From an uncultured delta proteobacterium (GTDB lineage: Bacteria; Desulfobacterota; Binatia; Bin18), in NCBI GenBank assembly GCA_963733195.1, contig CAVTCR010000062.1, forward strand, positions 192,001 through 256,000: a DNA stretch of 64,000 bases. Reading direction: 5' to 3'. The notes beneath the pieces were generated by a model. That model ran no database searches. It was not told the DNA's origin and was given only the letters and a program-made list of their open reading frames with translations. A program made the translations under genes and the position numbers. Positions 10,826-21,118 of this stretch are shown here, piece after piece. How positions within the stretch are numbered: the stretch's first letter is position 1; every line of letters starts with the position of its first letter.

Positions 10826-11485
10826 TCACCACGTATAGTGGAGGCCGAGGCCAAGATAGTCGACTTGCTGCCGAGACCCCGGAACGGTGCTCTGAGAGTT
10901 CCCCACAAAACCTTCGAGCATGAGCGACAGGGAGCGGTCCGGAGCATGGGTCTCGTTCCACCGCAACCCCGCACGCAGGGAGAAGTCGGTACTCCAGTCG
11001 TAGTCTTTATGAGACGTAAACTCGGCCGCGCCGATCGGTTGGATGGTGTGATCGAGGAGCAGCCAGGGGCTCGCGAAATCCAGCCCGAACTTCGCCGCCC
11101 GTGGTTTGAGAGAGCCAGGTTCCAAAGCTGAGAGAAACCACCCACCACCATAGAGCGAGACCATATCCGTCAGCCGGTACAAAAGGGTGACATCCAAGCT
11201 CTCCGCACGAGGATGGATACGAGCGATACGGTCATAGAGCACATCATTCAGCGGAGAGGGGGAGGCAGGCGAAGCGCTAGACCCCGGCAGTAAGGAGCCG
11301 TTTCTCTCCCACCACGCGGCGGTGTTCACCTGCACCTCGCGGGCGAACACGGCGGTCGTGTACCCGGTGCTGTACACATCATCTGCAGCCCTGGCGCCCG
11401 GTAGGGGAAACAGGCAGACAGCACTGATAGCACTGAGAAGGAGCACGCTCAGTCCTCTAAGAAGTTTGTTCTTCATCAGAGTCAT
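10826..11485 (-). CDS. Exported protein resembling the C-terminal barrel part of DUF1207 (possibly degenerate)
   Basis: Signal peptide; YGGG, DWSTDFSLRAG, DYLGLGLHY terminal aromatic pattern; shorter than I recall for the family. Confidence 0.5.
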   Translation of the reverse strand: MTLMKNKLLRGLSVLLLSAISAVCLFPLPGARAADDVYSTGYTTAVFAREVQVNTAAWWERNGSLLPGSSASPASPSPLNDVLYDRIARIHPRAESLDVTLLYRLTDMVSLYGGGWFLSALEPGSLKPRAAKFGLDFASPWLLLDHTIQPIGAAEFTSHKDYDWSTDFSLRAGLRWNETHAPDRSLSLMLEGFVGNSQSTVPGSRQQVDYLGLGLHYTW

Positions 11486-11818
11486 CTCCAGTTTGCTCAG
11501 CAGATGGTCGATGGATTTATAATGTAACGCTGATGCCCCACATCGTCTGTGACATTCGTGCTATAAATGTTGGAATCCTGCGACAATCGTGCCGGGGGAC
11601 GTTTGGCGGACGGCGGACAGTTACCGGAGGGATACCTGGTGTCCCCTGGCACAGCCTGCCAGCGGCAGCAATTCTCATTTTGACCTATTAATCCTCGCCC
11701 CTGTACGAAAGTGTTCCTTAGACGATATCTTGATCGCCTCCCGGTCCGAGATCAGTCCGTTTTGTGGACTCTGTGTAGGTCACCCGATCTTTGTGCTATG
11801 GCTAATATTCCCATGTAT

Positions 11819-11888
11819 TTATTACGTCTGGCTACGGTTCAGTGGTAGATAAATCGTTTAGGGTATCGTTCAGATTTCGGTTCAGATT
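11819..11888 (-). promoter_or_regulatory. TGAAC-repeat promoter cassette copy 4
   Basis: GTTCA 11837, GTTTA 11856, GTTCA 11868, 11880; TAATAA on - at 11824-11819. Confidence 0.75.
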
Positions 11889-12068
11889 CACAGACTCCGC
11901 CAGAGTGGTATCGTCGACTCAAACGGTCCAGAAAGCTCGTGACCGTCAACGCGGATCAAACTGAGGGAGATGCTTGGGTAAGCCTCTTTCCATCGACCCC
12001 GCTGTCTTGCATTTGCCTGCTTCTCTAATCGAAGGGCCGGTGATATCCCAACTGCCGCCGCATCATCG

Positions 12069-12598
12069 CTATGCAGCAGTCGCACTCTCGGCTTTCGTTT
12101 GCACGGTCTCCGACCGCCTAGCAGACCCACGTTGCTGAGCGAGTAGCACCACCGTGCTCCGCGGGCTGGCAATGTAATGATCGGACGGATCGATTTGGAC
12201 CTCCCGACCAGGCTCCGCGAAATCCTCACCGTTCGTTAGGCTCGTATCGATAGCGCGGTGCCAGCCGTGGCCAGACTCGAGTAGCGGCAGTTTCACCCAT
12301 TGTGACTCGAAGTGGGCGTTGAAAATGAAGAACAGGCGGTCAACGCCGAGATCGGATCCATCTTCACTAGCATCAAGCTGATAGCAAAGCGTCCGCACGT
12401 TCTCATCTTGCCACTTGGGACGATCCAGGTCCAGCGAAAACCAGGTGAGGTCCGGCACCTGATCATCAGGAAGACTTCAGTTGCATTCTTCGAGTAGATA
12501 GCGAAATTCACCCCCTCCGGAGTGAGGGTGGCCCCGAGCGGAAAGTGGGTGCCCTTCTCAACCGTCTTCGTAGTGCGATGTTTGAGTTCATACGGCAT
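12069..12598 (-). pseudogene. glgX: Glycogen debranching enzyme remnant: N-terminus joined to C-terminus by large internal deletion
   Basis: GTHFPLGATLTPEGVNFAIYSKNAT (GlgX N-term) abuts PDLTWF...FFIFNAH...WHRAIDT...PRSTVVL (C-term); catalytic domain absent. Confidence 0.85.
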
Positions 12599-12856
12599 TT
12601 TATGCCCTCCTTCTTCCCGCCGGCACGAATCTCAGCCTGCGTAGCAGGCGGGTAGAATATAGCCCCGTGTGCAGCATCAGTAGAACACGGGGATGATGAC
12701 GGTCAATCATTCATCACAGCCCGCGGAGCGGGCGACAGACGATTTATGGCGGCAACGTTTAGTGCCATAGATTACCTCTCTGTGACGAGGTGTTTACTGG
12801 ACGATTACCTGTTAGCGAAAGGGCCTGGCGCTGTTGCCATAGTCTGGCTGAAGGGT

Positions 12857-12926
12857 AGAATACGTTTGCCTGTGGTTCAGGGACAGTCAAAGAGGTTAAA
12901 TTATCGTTCAGTTTTCTGTTCAGATT
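12857..12926 (-). promoter_or_regulatory. TGAAC-repeat promoter cassette copy 5 (glgX promoter, divergent from wHTH-STAND regulator 1)
   Basis: GTTCA 12875, degenerate box ~12894, GTTCA 12906, 12918; TATTCT on - at 12862-12857. Confidence 0.78.
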
Positions 12927-12969
12927 TGTCACGAGGGATGTTGTTGAGAGGGGAAGAAAGGGAGTGGTC

Positions 12970-15900
12970 ATGGCATCAGGCCACGAGACATTAACCCAAC
13001 CAGCAGTGAGATCTGACCTCTACTTCGGCCCGTTTCGCTTAGAGGGCGCCAAACACCTGTGGCGGGGCGAGCATCTCGTAGAGATGCGGCCCCGGCCCCT
13101 GGCCGTGTTGCGCTACTTGGCCGGGCGGCCGGGCCAATTTATTAGCAGTGAGGAATTACTCAAACGCTTATGGCCGGGCATCTACGTGACCAAGACGGTA
13201 TTACGAGTCTGCGTGCATGAGATTCGACAAGCACTGGAGGAGGACCCGACCACTCCCCAGTTTATCGAGACGGTGGGCCGTCAAGGGTATCGGTTCATTG
13301 CCCCACTCGCCACTACCGCTCCTCCAGTTACCAGTTATCAGTTGGCAGTTGGCAGTTCGGACACAGCAGAAACGAAGCCCCCACAACTGGGCCTTGAGAA
13401 TTGGCAACTGGCCGACTCCCTTCGTCGGCCGTGCACAGGAACTGGCCAGGTTGCATGAGATGTTCGAACGCGCGCGGCATGGCGAGCGCCAGATCATGTT
13501 TCTCTCAGGCGAGTCCGGGATCGGGAAGACGGCATTGGTGGATTGCTTTCTCGACCAAGTGCGGAACCAGCGAGCCGTGCGGATTGGCCAGGGGCAATGT
13601 GTTGAACAGTATGGCTCTGGGGAAGCCTATTTACCGTTGTTGGAAGCGTTGGGACAGTTGTGTCGAGAGCCGGGTGGTGAGCAGGTGTTGGCCGTGCTGC
13701 ATCGCTATGCGCCGACGTGGCTGGCACAGATGCCTGGACTGCTCAAGGCCGGTGAACTGGAAGCAGTACAACGGCAAGGACAAGGCATCAACCGAGAGCG
13801 CATGCTGCGGGAGTTGGCCGAGGCTATTGAGGCTATAGCGGCTGACGCGGTGCTGGTGTTGGTCTTAGAAGACCTGCAATGGAGCGATCTCTCGACACTG
13901 GACGTCTTAGGGTATCTGGCGCAGCGGCGGCGGTCGGTGCAGTTGTACATCCTGGGCACGTATCGACCCGCAGACGTGGTGGCGGGTGGGCATCCATTGC
14001 GCCAGGTGGTGCAGGAACTGTACGGACGGAGGCAATGCGAGGAACTCGCGCTCGAACTCTTAAGCGAAGCGGAGGTGGAAGAGTATCTGCAGCAGCGCGC
14101 CGGTCGGCGGACCGCCATCGCTAAGCTCAGCCAGATGATTTATCGCCGAACGGATGGGAATGCGTTGTTCATGGTGAGTTTTGTGGACTATTTACTGCAG
14201 CACGGGCTGCTAACCGAAGACGAGGGTCAAGGCCAGCTACGGGCAGACCTCAGCGCCTTCAGGCGGCTCGTACCCACCAGCTTGCAGCGGATGATTCTAC
14301 GACAGATCGAGCACTTATCTGCGGACGAGCAACAGTTATTACACGTTGCGAGTGTGGGTGGGATGACGTTCACGGGAGCAGAGGTGGCGGGAGTGGTCGG
14401 AGGTCTACTAGAGGAAGTGGAAGACATGTGTGACCGTTTAGCCAGCAGGGAGCGGTTAATCGCAGTGGCCGGGCTTGCCGAGTGGCCGGACGGGACAGTG
14501 ACGGTGCAGTACCAGTTTCGCCACGCGCTCTATCAGCAAGTGTTATACGAGCAGATAGGACAAGCGCGGAGGGTGCGGCTCCACCAGCAATTTGGTGAGT
14601 GGAAAGAAGGGCGATATGGAGAGCGGACGGTAGAGATCGCCAGTGAATTAGCAGTCCATTTCACCGAAGGGCGGGAGTATCGCAGAGCGGTACAGTATCA
14701 CTACCAGGCGGCGAGAGATGGCGCTTCAGCGCAGTGCGTATTATGAAGCGAATGACCACTGCCAAAAGGGGTTAAAGCTGTTTGAACGGTTACCCGACAC
14801 ACTGGAGCACGTTCATTTGGAACTCGCCCTCCGCAAGCTGCTTAATACAGCGCTGGTCTCGACGCACGGCTATACAGCAGAAGAACTTGCTCAGAACCTC
14901 CGTCGAGCACAAGAGTTATGTCAGGAGACAGGGAATACAGTGGATCTTGTCCCTGTTTTGACTGGACTCGGTCGCCTGTATCAAGTGCGCGCTGCCCGCA
15001 TCGCAACAGAGGCAATCGCAGCGCAAGAATGCCGCCTTCTTGAGTCCGTTCACGACCCGCTGCTTGCCTTACAGTTGCACTCCCAACTTGCCAGCATCAA
15101 CGTGATGGGCGGGGCTCCGGTTCGTGCCCTAGCGCATCAGCAGCAAGCCCTCACTCTCTATGACGCCACGGCGCACCATGCGTTATTCCTGTCGTTTGGT
15201 ATAGATCCGATGGTGACTGTTTACGGCCTGGGGAGCTGGAGTGCATGGTTCGCTGGGTACCCCGAGCTCGCTCAGAGCTACCTGGAGAAGGGTTTGGCCC
15301 ACGCTGACTCTCTCTCTAATCTCTTCTCTAGGGTTCTGATCCGGGCAAACGGCGCGCAGCTATTCCTCTTCCGGCATGAACCTGATGCGGCGCTGTCATT
15401 GGCTCAACAGGGTTCTGCCTTAGCGCATGCACACGGGATCCCACAAGACGTCATCACAGGAAGTATCATGCAGAGTTGCATTGCGCTGCAACAAGGAGGG
15501 ACCGACAAAGAGATCGCAGCAATCAGTGAAGGACTTGAGCAGTATCGAATGACATGCGCTCAGCTTCACCTTCCCTTCTATCTTTCCGTCCTGGCCGAAG
15601 GGTATATGCAGCTGGGCAGACTTGAGGAAGGGCTGCAGGCCGTATGTGAAGCGCTACAGTTGTGCGAGGTACATTTTGATCGATACTGGGAAGCTGAGCT
15701 CTATCGGCTGAAAGGCGAGCTACTTCGTCTGAACGCGGAACGCAGAATGCAGAATGATGAACGGCAAAGCCAAGAACAAGGGACGAGCAGCATTCCCCAT
15801 TCCTCACTCATCATTTATCATTCATCGTTCTGCCGAGGCCGAAGCGTGTTTCCTCAAGGCCATCGAGATTGCTCGCACACAACAAGCAAAGTCACTAGAG

Positions 15901-16059
15901 CTGCGTGCGACGATGAGTCTCGCCCGTCTCTGGCAACGGCAAGGAAAGCACCGCCAAGCACACACTACGTTGTCTGCGATCTATGGCTGGTTCACGGAGG
16001 GTTTTGATACGAAAGACCTGCAGGAGGCGAAAGCGTTACTCGATGCCCTGCGAGAGTGA
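12970..16059 (+). CDS. Transcriptional regulator: OmpR/PhoB-type winged helix + STAND (AAA_16) ATPase + TPR; three apparent frameshifts
   Basis: FGPFRL...[12 protein letters not shown]...[12 protein letters not shown]; Walker A GESGIGKT; Walker B LVLEDLQW; [12 protein letters not shown]...[13 protein letters not shown]...[11 protein letters not shown]; ORFs 12964-13458, 13217-14746, 14718-16007, 15754-16059 join. Confidence 0.88.
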
Positions 16060-16327
16060 ACGGCTACGGCTTGGCCGCCGTGCGCGGCTTCAGACCCCCT
16101 CTCCCCAGTGAACAGACTTCCAGTCTGCGCATAGCCAGGATGGCTGCATCACTCACGGGTGGCACGGTCAGGAGACCGGCCACAGCGAGGGGGAGAGATC
16201 CTTGTCAAATCCCTACCTTGAGCACACCACTAATGATATGGTAGGTCTACGCAAGATCTGAATGCGTTGTATCCTCACTGTGTGTTCACTGTCAGGGGCC
16301 GGCCCCTCCTCGGGGGGCATCCCGCCA

Positions 16328-16452
16328 GTCATTCCCACGTAGCTTGTCCCAGGCACTCCAGGGACCTGTCCCAAGTTCTACTGGGAGCGGGAATCCAGTT
16401 TTCTGTTCCTGGATTCCGGGTCGCGGCCTGCGGCCCCCGTATCACGTACGGG
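16328..16452. repeat. REP-like palindromic element (GTCATTCCC...GCGGGAATCCAG/CTGGATTCC...GGAATGAC)
   Basis: Nested inverted repeats between convergent genes. Confidence 0.55.
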
Positions 16453-16564
16453 GCAGGCTTGCGCGGAATGACGGACTGCCACTTGTCCCAGGTTCTACCG
16501 GGACGAGTGTCCGACACAGGTCGAAGATGTTGTTTCTGAGCAGCAACAAGCGACGAAGCACTCT

Positions 16565-16759
16565 CTATGGCTTTTGCTGTTTCATCACCATCTGAACCAA
16601 GAATGCCACCAACTCCTCTAGCGACTCGAAGTGCTCGGCTTGGTGTGACACCAGATGCTCAACCCGCCCTTTGAATTGGCCCTGCTCGATCCGTGCCTCA
16701 GCATGGATCTGCACAACAAAGGCTCTTCTGGCCGGCAAAGAAGGCTGATTTTTTGCCAT
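16565..16759 (-). CDS. Small hypothetical protein (64 aa), convergent with regulator 1
   Basis: MAKNQPSLPARRAFVVQIH...GRVEHLVS...FESLEELVAFL; RBS GGAAGG; own copy of the promoter cassette. Confidence 0.75.
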   Translation of the reverse strand: MAKNQPSLPARRAFVVQIHAEARIEQGQFKGRVEHLVSHQAEHFESLEELVAFLVQMVMKQQKP

Positions 16760-16814
16760 GGGATCTCTGTCCCTTCCATCAACCAACAGCAGGTGTGCGT
16801 CGAGTGCCATAAGT

Positions 16815-16884
16815 ACAGTAATATTTGCCGCGGTTCAGAGATAGGTATACGGGCCAGTCTATCGTTCAGCTTTTCGTTCAGTTT
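16815..16884 (-). promoter_or_regulatory. TGAAC-repeat promoter cassette copy 6
   Basis: GTTCA 16833, degenerate 16852, GTTCA 16864, 16876; TACTGT on - at 16820-16815. Confidence 0.78.
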
Positions 16885-16904
16885 GTCCTCAGAGAGAAGT
16901 AAAT

Positions 16905-16965
16905 AATATGAACAGAAAACTGAACTATACGCGTCTATTCATAAACCGTTCCGTCACGTAAGAAT
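16905..16965 (+). promoter_or_regulatory. Divergent, 10-bp shorter variant of the cassette facing the + strand operon
   Basis: AATATGAAC-AGA-AAACTGAAC-N16(ending CTATTCA)-TAAAC-N12-TAAGAA. Confidence 0.5.
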
Positions 16966-17155
16966 CTTCCTTTATGTTAAGAGTTCGCTTCCAATAAGAG
17001 ATCGAGATCACCACAAGGGGGGATGAGTGGTGAATGCGCCGCCGGGGTATTAACAAGGTAAGACGGAGATAGAGAGGGGTTGGGCTCTGTCTCATTATTT
17101 ATTAGGACCGTGAGACAAAACCCTAACCGCACAGAGGAGCAAAGCAAGCGATGCT

Positions 17156-17385
17156 GTCATTGCGAGGAGTGGTACGCGACGAAGCAATCTCTGTTTTCGG
17201 GCAAAGATTGCTTCGCTCCGCTGCTCAGAAACAAATCTTCAATCCTCCGTCCCAGGCTCTGCCTGGAACGGCAGTAGTCAGGAGACTCCGTCTCATTCCG
17301 TCCCCAGGCAGAGCCTGGGGACGAGCATGTGTCCCGTTTTTACTTGAAAGCTTAGCGTCAGCGCTATGGACAACTCGCAATGACG
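17156..17385. repeat. Composite REP-like element (GTCATTGCGAG...CTCGCAATGAC enclosing CCCAGGCTCTGCCTGG/CCAGGCAGAGCCTGGG)
   Basis: Two nested inverted-repeat pairs. Confidence 0.65.
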
Positions 17386-17452
17386 CCTTGGCTTTATGCC
17401 AGGCTGTAGAAGTTTTGTCCCATAGTCCTTATATAGATAACCAGAAGAAACG

Positions 17453-18413
17453 ATGAGGAGGAGGAAGCGTATGTATGCATGGCTAGTGTTTGTTCTCAGT
17501 GTGCTCTGTTTGGGGGGGATGCCCACGGCAAGCAGCGCGCAGGCGCGGAGTGGGAGTATGTTCGACGTGATGGGGGAATCGCTGACCGGCGACGTCTATG
17601 CTGAGTCCGCAGGGTGGCGGGAGTTGTCGCTCGGCAGCCTGTTCTCAGAGGGGTGGAACGAGCCCTGGGCAAGTCCGCCGGCTGGTGAGGGAGGCGCGCC
17701 GCGGCAGGGCTGGCTCAATGCGTACGACGGCGTGTTCTATCGCCTGGGCATCGCGACGTTTAACTTCGCCGACGACTTCAATCAGAACGGCAAGCAGTAC
17801 GCGGGGGGGCTGACGTTCTACACGCCGTTCAACCGGCGGTTCGAGTTACGAACAGACATCCCGTCGGTTGTTTCCAATAAGGGAACAGGCACCAACTACG
17901 AAGTCTCCTTCGGCGATTTGCAGTTCACGCCCCGTCTGTTGCTCTCGGAGACGCGCAATTTCACCCAGTCCTTCAATGTGACGTTGCGGGTCCCGACCGG
18001 CAAAGTCGATAACGGGACCGGGGTGGCCGCCGTGACCCCGGATTACGAGTTTTGGGCCAACGTGTGGCGCGGCTTGGTGCTGCGCGGTGGGGTAGGCGTC
18101 TTTGTTCCCTATGGGGGCCAGTCTCGCAACGAGGTTGGGGCTCGCACGACGTTCATAAGTAACCTCGCGGCGGGCTATTACTTTACCCAGCACGATCGCA
18201 TCCCGTTCGGAGATCTAGTTGGATACGTGTCGAGCCAACCTCTCCCAACTGACGGAGGGCCCTGGCTCGAAGACGACGACCGTCACTCTCACCCCCGGGT
18301 TCCGCACGCACTTGGGGGCGGATTGGTATTTATTGGGTGGCGTCGACATCCCGGTGACCGACCCAGAGCCGTTCAACTATCAACTACTCACCGGGATAAT
18401 GAAAGTATTCTAG
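17453..18413 (+). CDS. Exported beta-barrel-like protein; frameshift near 18230
   Basis: Signal peptide, alternating beta strands, continues in ORF 18219-18413 ending GIMKVF. Confidence 0.65.
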
Positions 18414-18457
18414 GACGGCGTCAGCTGAGTGGCGACTCTTGAGGCCTCCCCTTTCAG

Positions 18458-18916
18458 GTGGGATGCGTGACACAAATATCCGTACCGGAAGAGACAACAC
18501 GTATCCGCTGGTGGTGGTACCTACCCGTCGCATTCTTGGTCGGTGTGGCCTGTCACCAGATTTGGCTCACTCGCAGTGCAGATCTCAATCCCTGGTCAGG
18601 GGGAGGCTTTGGCATGTTCTCGACGATGGACGCCTGGGGGAATCGCCGCCTGCAAGCGCTCGCCATACGGCCAGGCATCCGCCGAGAGGTGGAGATTCCT
18701 CCTGCGCTGGGGGAAATGACGCGCCGGGTCCGTGCGTTTCCCTCCGCAGCCAACCTGCGCGCGCTGGCGCTCGAGTTGAGCGGAGAGCCAACTCCTGACG
18801 CCGGCCCGCTTGAGGCGATAGAGATTCAGGTGTGGACCGTTGACTATGACCCTGTCACTTTGGCGCCCACTGGTTCCTTGCTCCGAGCACTCAGGGTTCC
18901 CATTGACGAGCCCTGA
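18458..18916 (+). CDS. Hypothetical membrane-anchored protein (PWSGGGFGMFS motif)
   Basis: ORF with N-terminal TM segment, overlaps next gene. Confidence 0.65.
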   Translation: MGCVTQISVPEETTRIRWWWYLPVAFLVGVACHQIWLTRSADLNPWSGGGFGMFSTMDAWGNRRLQALAIRPGIRREVEIPPALGEMTRRVRAFPSAANLRALALELSGEPTPDAGPLEAIEIQVWTVDYDPVTLAPTGSLLRALRVPIDEP

Positions 18917-19790
18917 GACCCCTACGCAAGTGCCGCGCAGGGCGTTTCGCTGGCCTGAGGAGAAGGTGGACGGAGTAGACCTGGCCTTGCGACTAACCCT
19001 GCTGACGCTGTTGCTCCGCCACATTGGAACAGGGGTGGTACGACCACTGATCCTCGGCCTCGCGGTCCTCGGGTTGCTGCTGCCCAGTTGGTTGCGCCGG
19101 CCTGAGTTATGGATCGCACTGACCGTTCTGACCGGGTTGCGGGTTGTGCTCGACTGGTCCCTAGCAGACAACCATGCGTATCTGCTGTGTTACTGGTGCT
19201 TCGCCGTCTCGCTGGCGCTGGTTTCACATGATGTTACTCGTTGTCTCTCGCTGAACGGCCGCCTGTTAATCGGTTGGGCCTTTGCCTTTGCCGTTATCTG
19301 GAAACTCTTTTTGTCCCCCGACTACCTCGACGGTCGTTTCTTTCGAGTGATGATGTTGACTGACGCTAGATTCGCAGATTTTACCCAGCTTGTTGGGGGC
19401 CTGAGTCCTGACCTGCTTGTGGACCTACGAGCGTTCGTGCAAGGGCAGCCACTAGAGGCGATTACGCCCCCGCAAGAGCCGGCCCGTTTCCTCTGGCTCG
19501 CGCAGGTGGCGACGGTCTGGACGGTCATGATTGAGGGTGCTGTCGCACTCGCTTTTTTGTGGCCAGTGGATCGGGGGCTCTCGCCATTCAGAGATGCGGC
19601 ATTGCTCTGCTTCTGTATTACTACGTATGCGATCGCAACGGTGGAGGGATTTGGCTGGCTGCTCCTAAGCATGGGCATTGCGCAATGCGAGCCGCAGCGA
19701 AACTGGACCAAACTTTGTTACCTCGCCACTTTTGGGGTGATCCTTGTGTACCGTGAAATCCCCTGGATGCAGTGGCTGGTTGAGCGTTAG
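18903..19790 (+). CDS. Polytopic membrane protein, HTTM/vitamin-K-dependent carboxylase-like (tentative)
   Basis: Multiple TMs, DNHAYL, WKLFLSPDYLDG, 'IE' in later helix; start uncertain (TTG 18903). Confidence 0.55.
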   Translation: MTSPETPTQVPRRAFRWPEEKVDGVDLALRLTLLTLLLRHIGTGVVRPLILGLAVLGLLLPSWLRRPELWIALTVLTGLRVVLDWSLADNHAYLLCYWCFAVSLALVSHDVTRCLSLNGRLLIGWAFAFAVIWKLFLSPDYLDGRFFRVMMLTDARFADFTQLVGGLSPDLLVDLRAFVQGQPLEAITPPQEPARFLWLAQVATVWTVMIEGAVALAFLWPVDRGLSPFRDAALLCFCITTYAIATVEGFGWLLLSMGIAQCEPQRNWTKLCYLATFGVILVYREIPWMQWLVER

Positions 19791-19825
19791 CAAAACTTTG
19801 AATTTTAGCTCGTAGGGAGGAATCT

Positions 19826-21118
19826 ATGTCCTGTGTTTCCATACATCAAACGCTGCAACGGAATCGTGTGCACCACCTGTGGAGCAACGTCGCTCGCGTC
19901 GCTGCTGCAACCCTGCTGTGTTGCACTCCGTATGCGGCGTTTGCGAAGACCAAGTCGGACTTCGAGAAACCGCCAGTCCTGGAGGCGAAAGCCCTGGTAC
20001 CGAAAAAGCTGCTCACGGGGAAGGGTGTTCGCATAGAGAACAAGGTCCCTACGGATGGCGTGATGGGGACGTTCACCATTCACGCTGATGCGGACACCTA
20101 CCACGAAAATGCCGGAACGTACCAGGTTCGCGGTCGTGAATTGTTCACGATTCGCATGGGAGAGTTACCCGCGATCGTGAAGTTGGAAGAAACAAGCAAA
20201 ACGGGGACGTTTGTAAAGTCTGTAGCAGCAAACGCGGCCCGGCCGGTCAAGGCTGCCGGGCATATGATCATGAATCCAGTTGACACGGTCACGGGATTGC
20301 CCAGCGGCGTTGGGCGCTTATTCGAGCGGGTTGGGACTGGGGCTGAGCAACTGTGGGATGCGTCGGCAGACTCCGATCAGAGTGGCCTCAAGCAGGCAGG
20401 CGCAGCCACCAGAGATGCACTCGGCTACGAGCAAGAGCGGCGCGAGCTGGCAAAGAAGCTTGGGGTAGACCCGTATACCACAAATCCAGTACTCGCTCAG
20501 AAGCTCGACGAAATCGCGTGGGTGTCCTTTGCCGGTCGCCTTGGGGTCAGCGCAGCAATGGCTGTGGCCGTGCCGGGATCGATGATCATAACTGGCGTGA
20601 GGACCGTAGATAATCTCGTATGGGACACGCCGCGGGGGGATCTGATCGTGCGGGTCGAGACGAAGCTCAAGGAGATGAAGATCCCGGAGGCATCCAGCCG
20701 TGCGTTCATGCACAATCCCGCCATCCCACTGAGTTTGCAGGTCTCCATTGTTGAGAACCTCACCCGCCTGTCCGGGGCTTCAGGGCGCGCGCGCGTCATC
20801 GCGTTAGCGGGTGGTCTCGTTACAGAAAGTCAGACGCGATTTGTTGCCAGCGCGGTGCGCATGCTTGCCGACTACCACGAAGAGACGAAGCCGATCACGG
20901 CAATCGCAGCACCCGGGCCGATACTCGGCCGTGACCGCGACGGGACCCTCGTCGCTCCCGCACCGGTGGACTACATCTCATGGACCGAACGGGTCGCCTC
21001 GTTTGCTACCAGTCCTGACTTGAAGGCGGCACAGCGGACCGTCTTGCTCTCAGGGAAGATGTCGCCGCGCGCCAAGAAAGAGTTCGAGGCGCTCGGTTGG
21101 ACCGTACAGGAGTTCTAA
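19826..21118 (+). CDS. Hypothetical exported protein
   Basis: 430-aa ORF, RBS GGAGG, signal peptide, KKLGVDPYTTN motif. Confidence 0.75.
   Translation: MSCVSIHQTLQRNRVHHLWSNVARVAAATLLCCTPYAAFAKTKSDFEKPPVLEAKALVPKKLLTGKGVRIENKVPTDGVMGTFTIHADADTYHENAGTYQVRGRELFTIRMGELPAIVKLEETSKTGTFVKSVAANAARPVKAAGHMIMNPVDTVTGLPSGVGRLFERVGTGAEQLWDASADSDQSGLKQAGAATRDALGYEQERRELAKKLGVDPYTTNPVLAQKLDEIAWVSFAGRLGVSAAMAVAVPGSMIITGVRTVDNLVWDTPRGDLIVRVETKLKEMKIPEASSRAFMHNPAIPLSLQVSIVENLTRLSGASGRARVIALAGGLVTESQTRFVASAVRMLADYHEETKPITAIAAPGPILGRDRDGTLVAPAPVDYISWTERVASFATSPDLKAAQRTVLLSGKMSPRAKKEFEALGWTVQEF

Noticed and set aside
12970-16059. STAND ATPase as an Avs-type antiphage system
   Set aside because: The N-terminal domain is a DNA-binding winged helix, not a nuclease or other effector, and the context is regulatory rather than a defence island.
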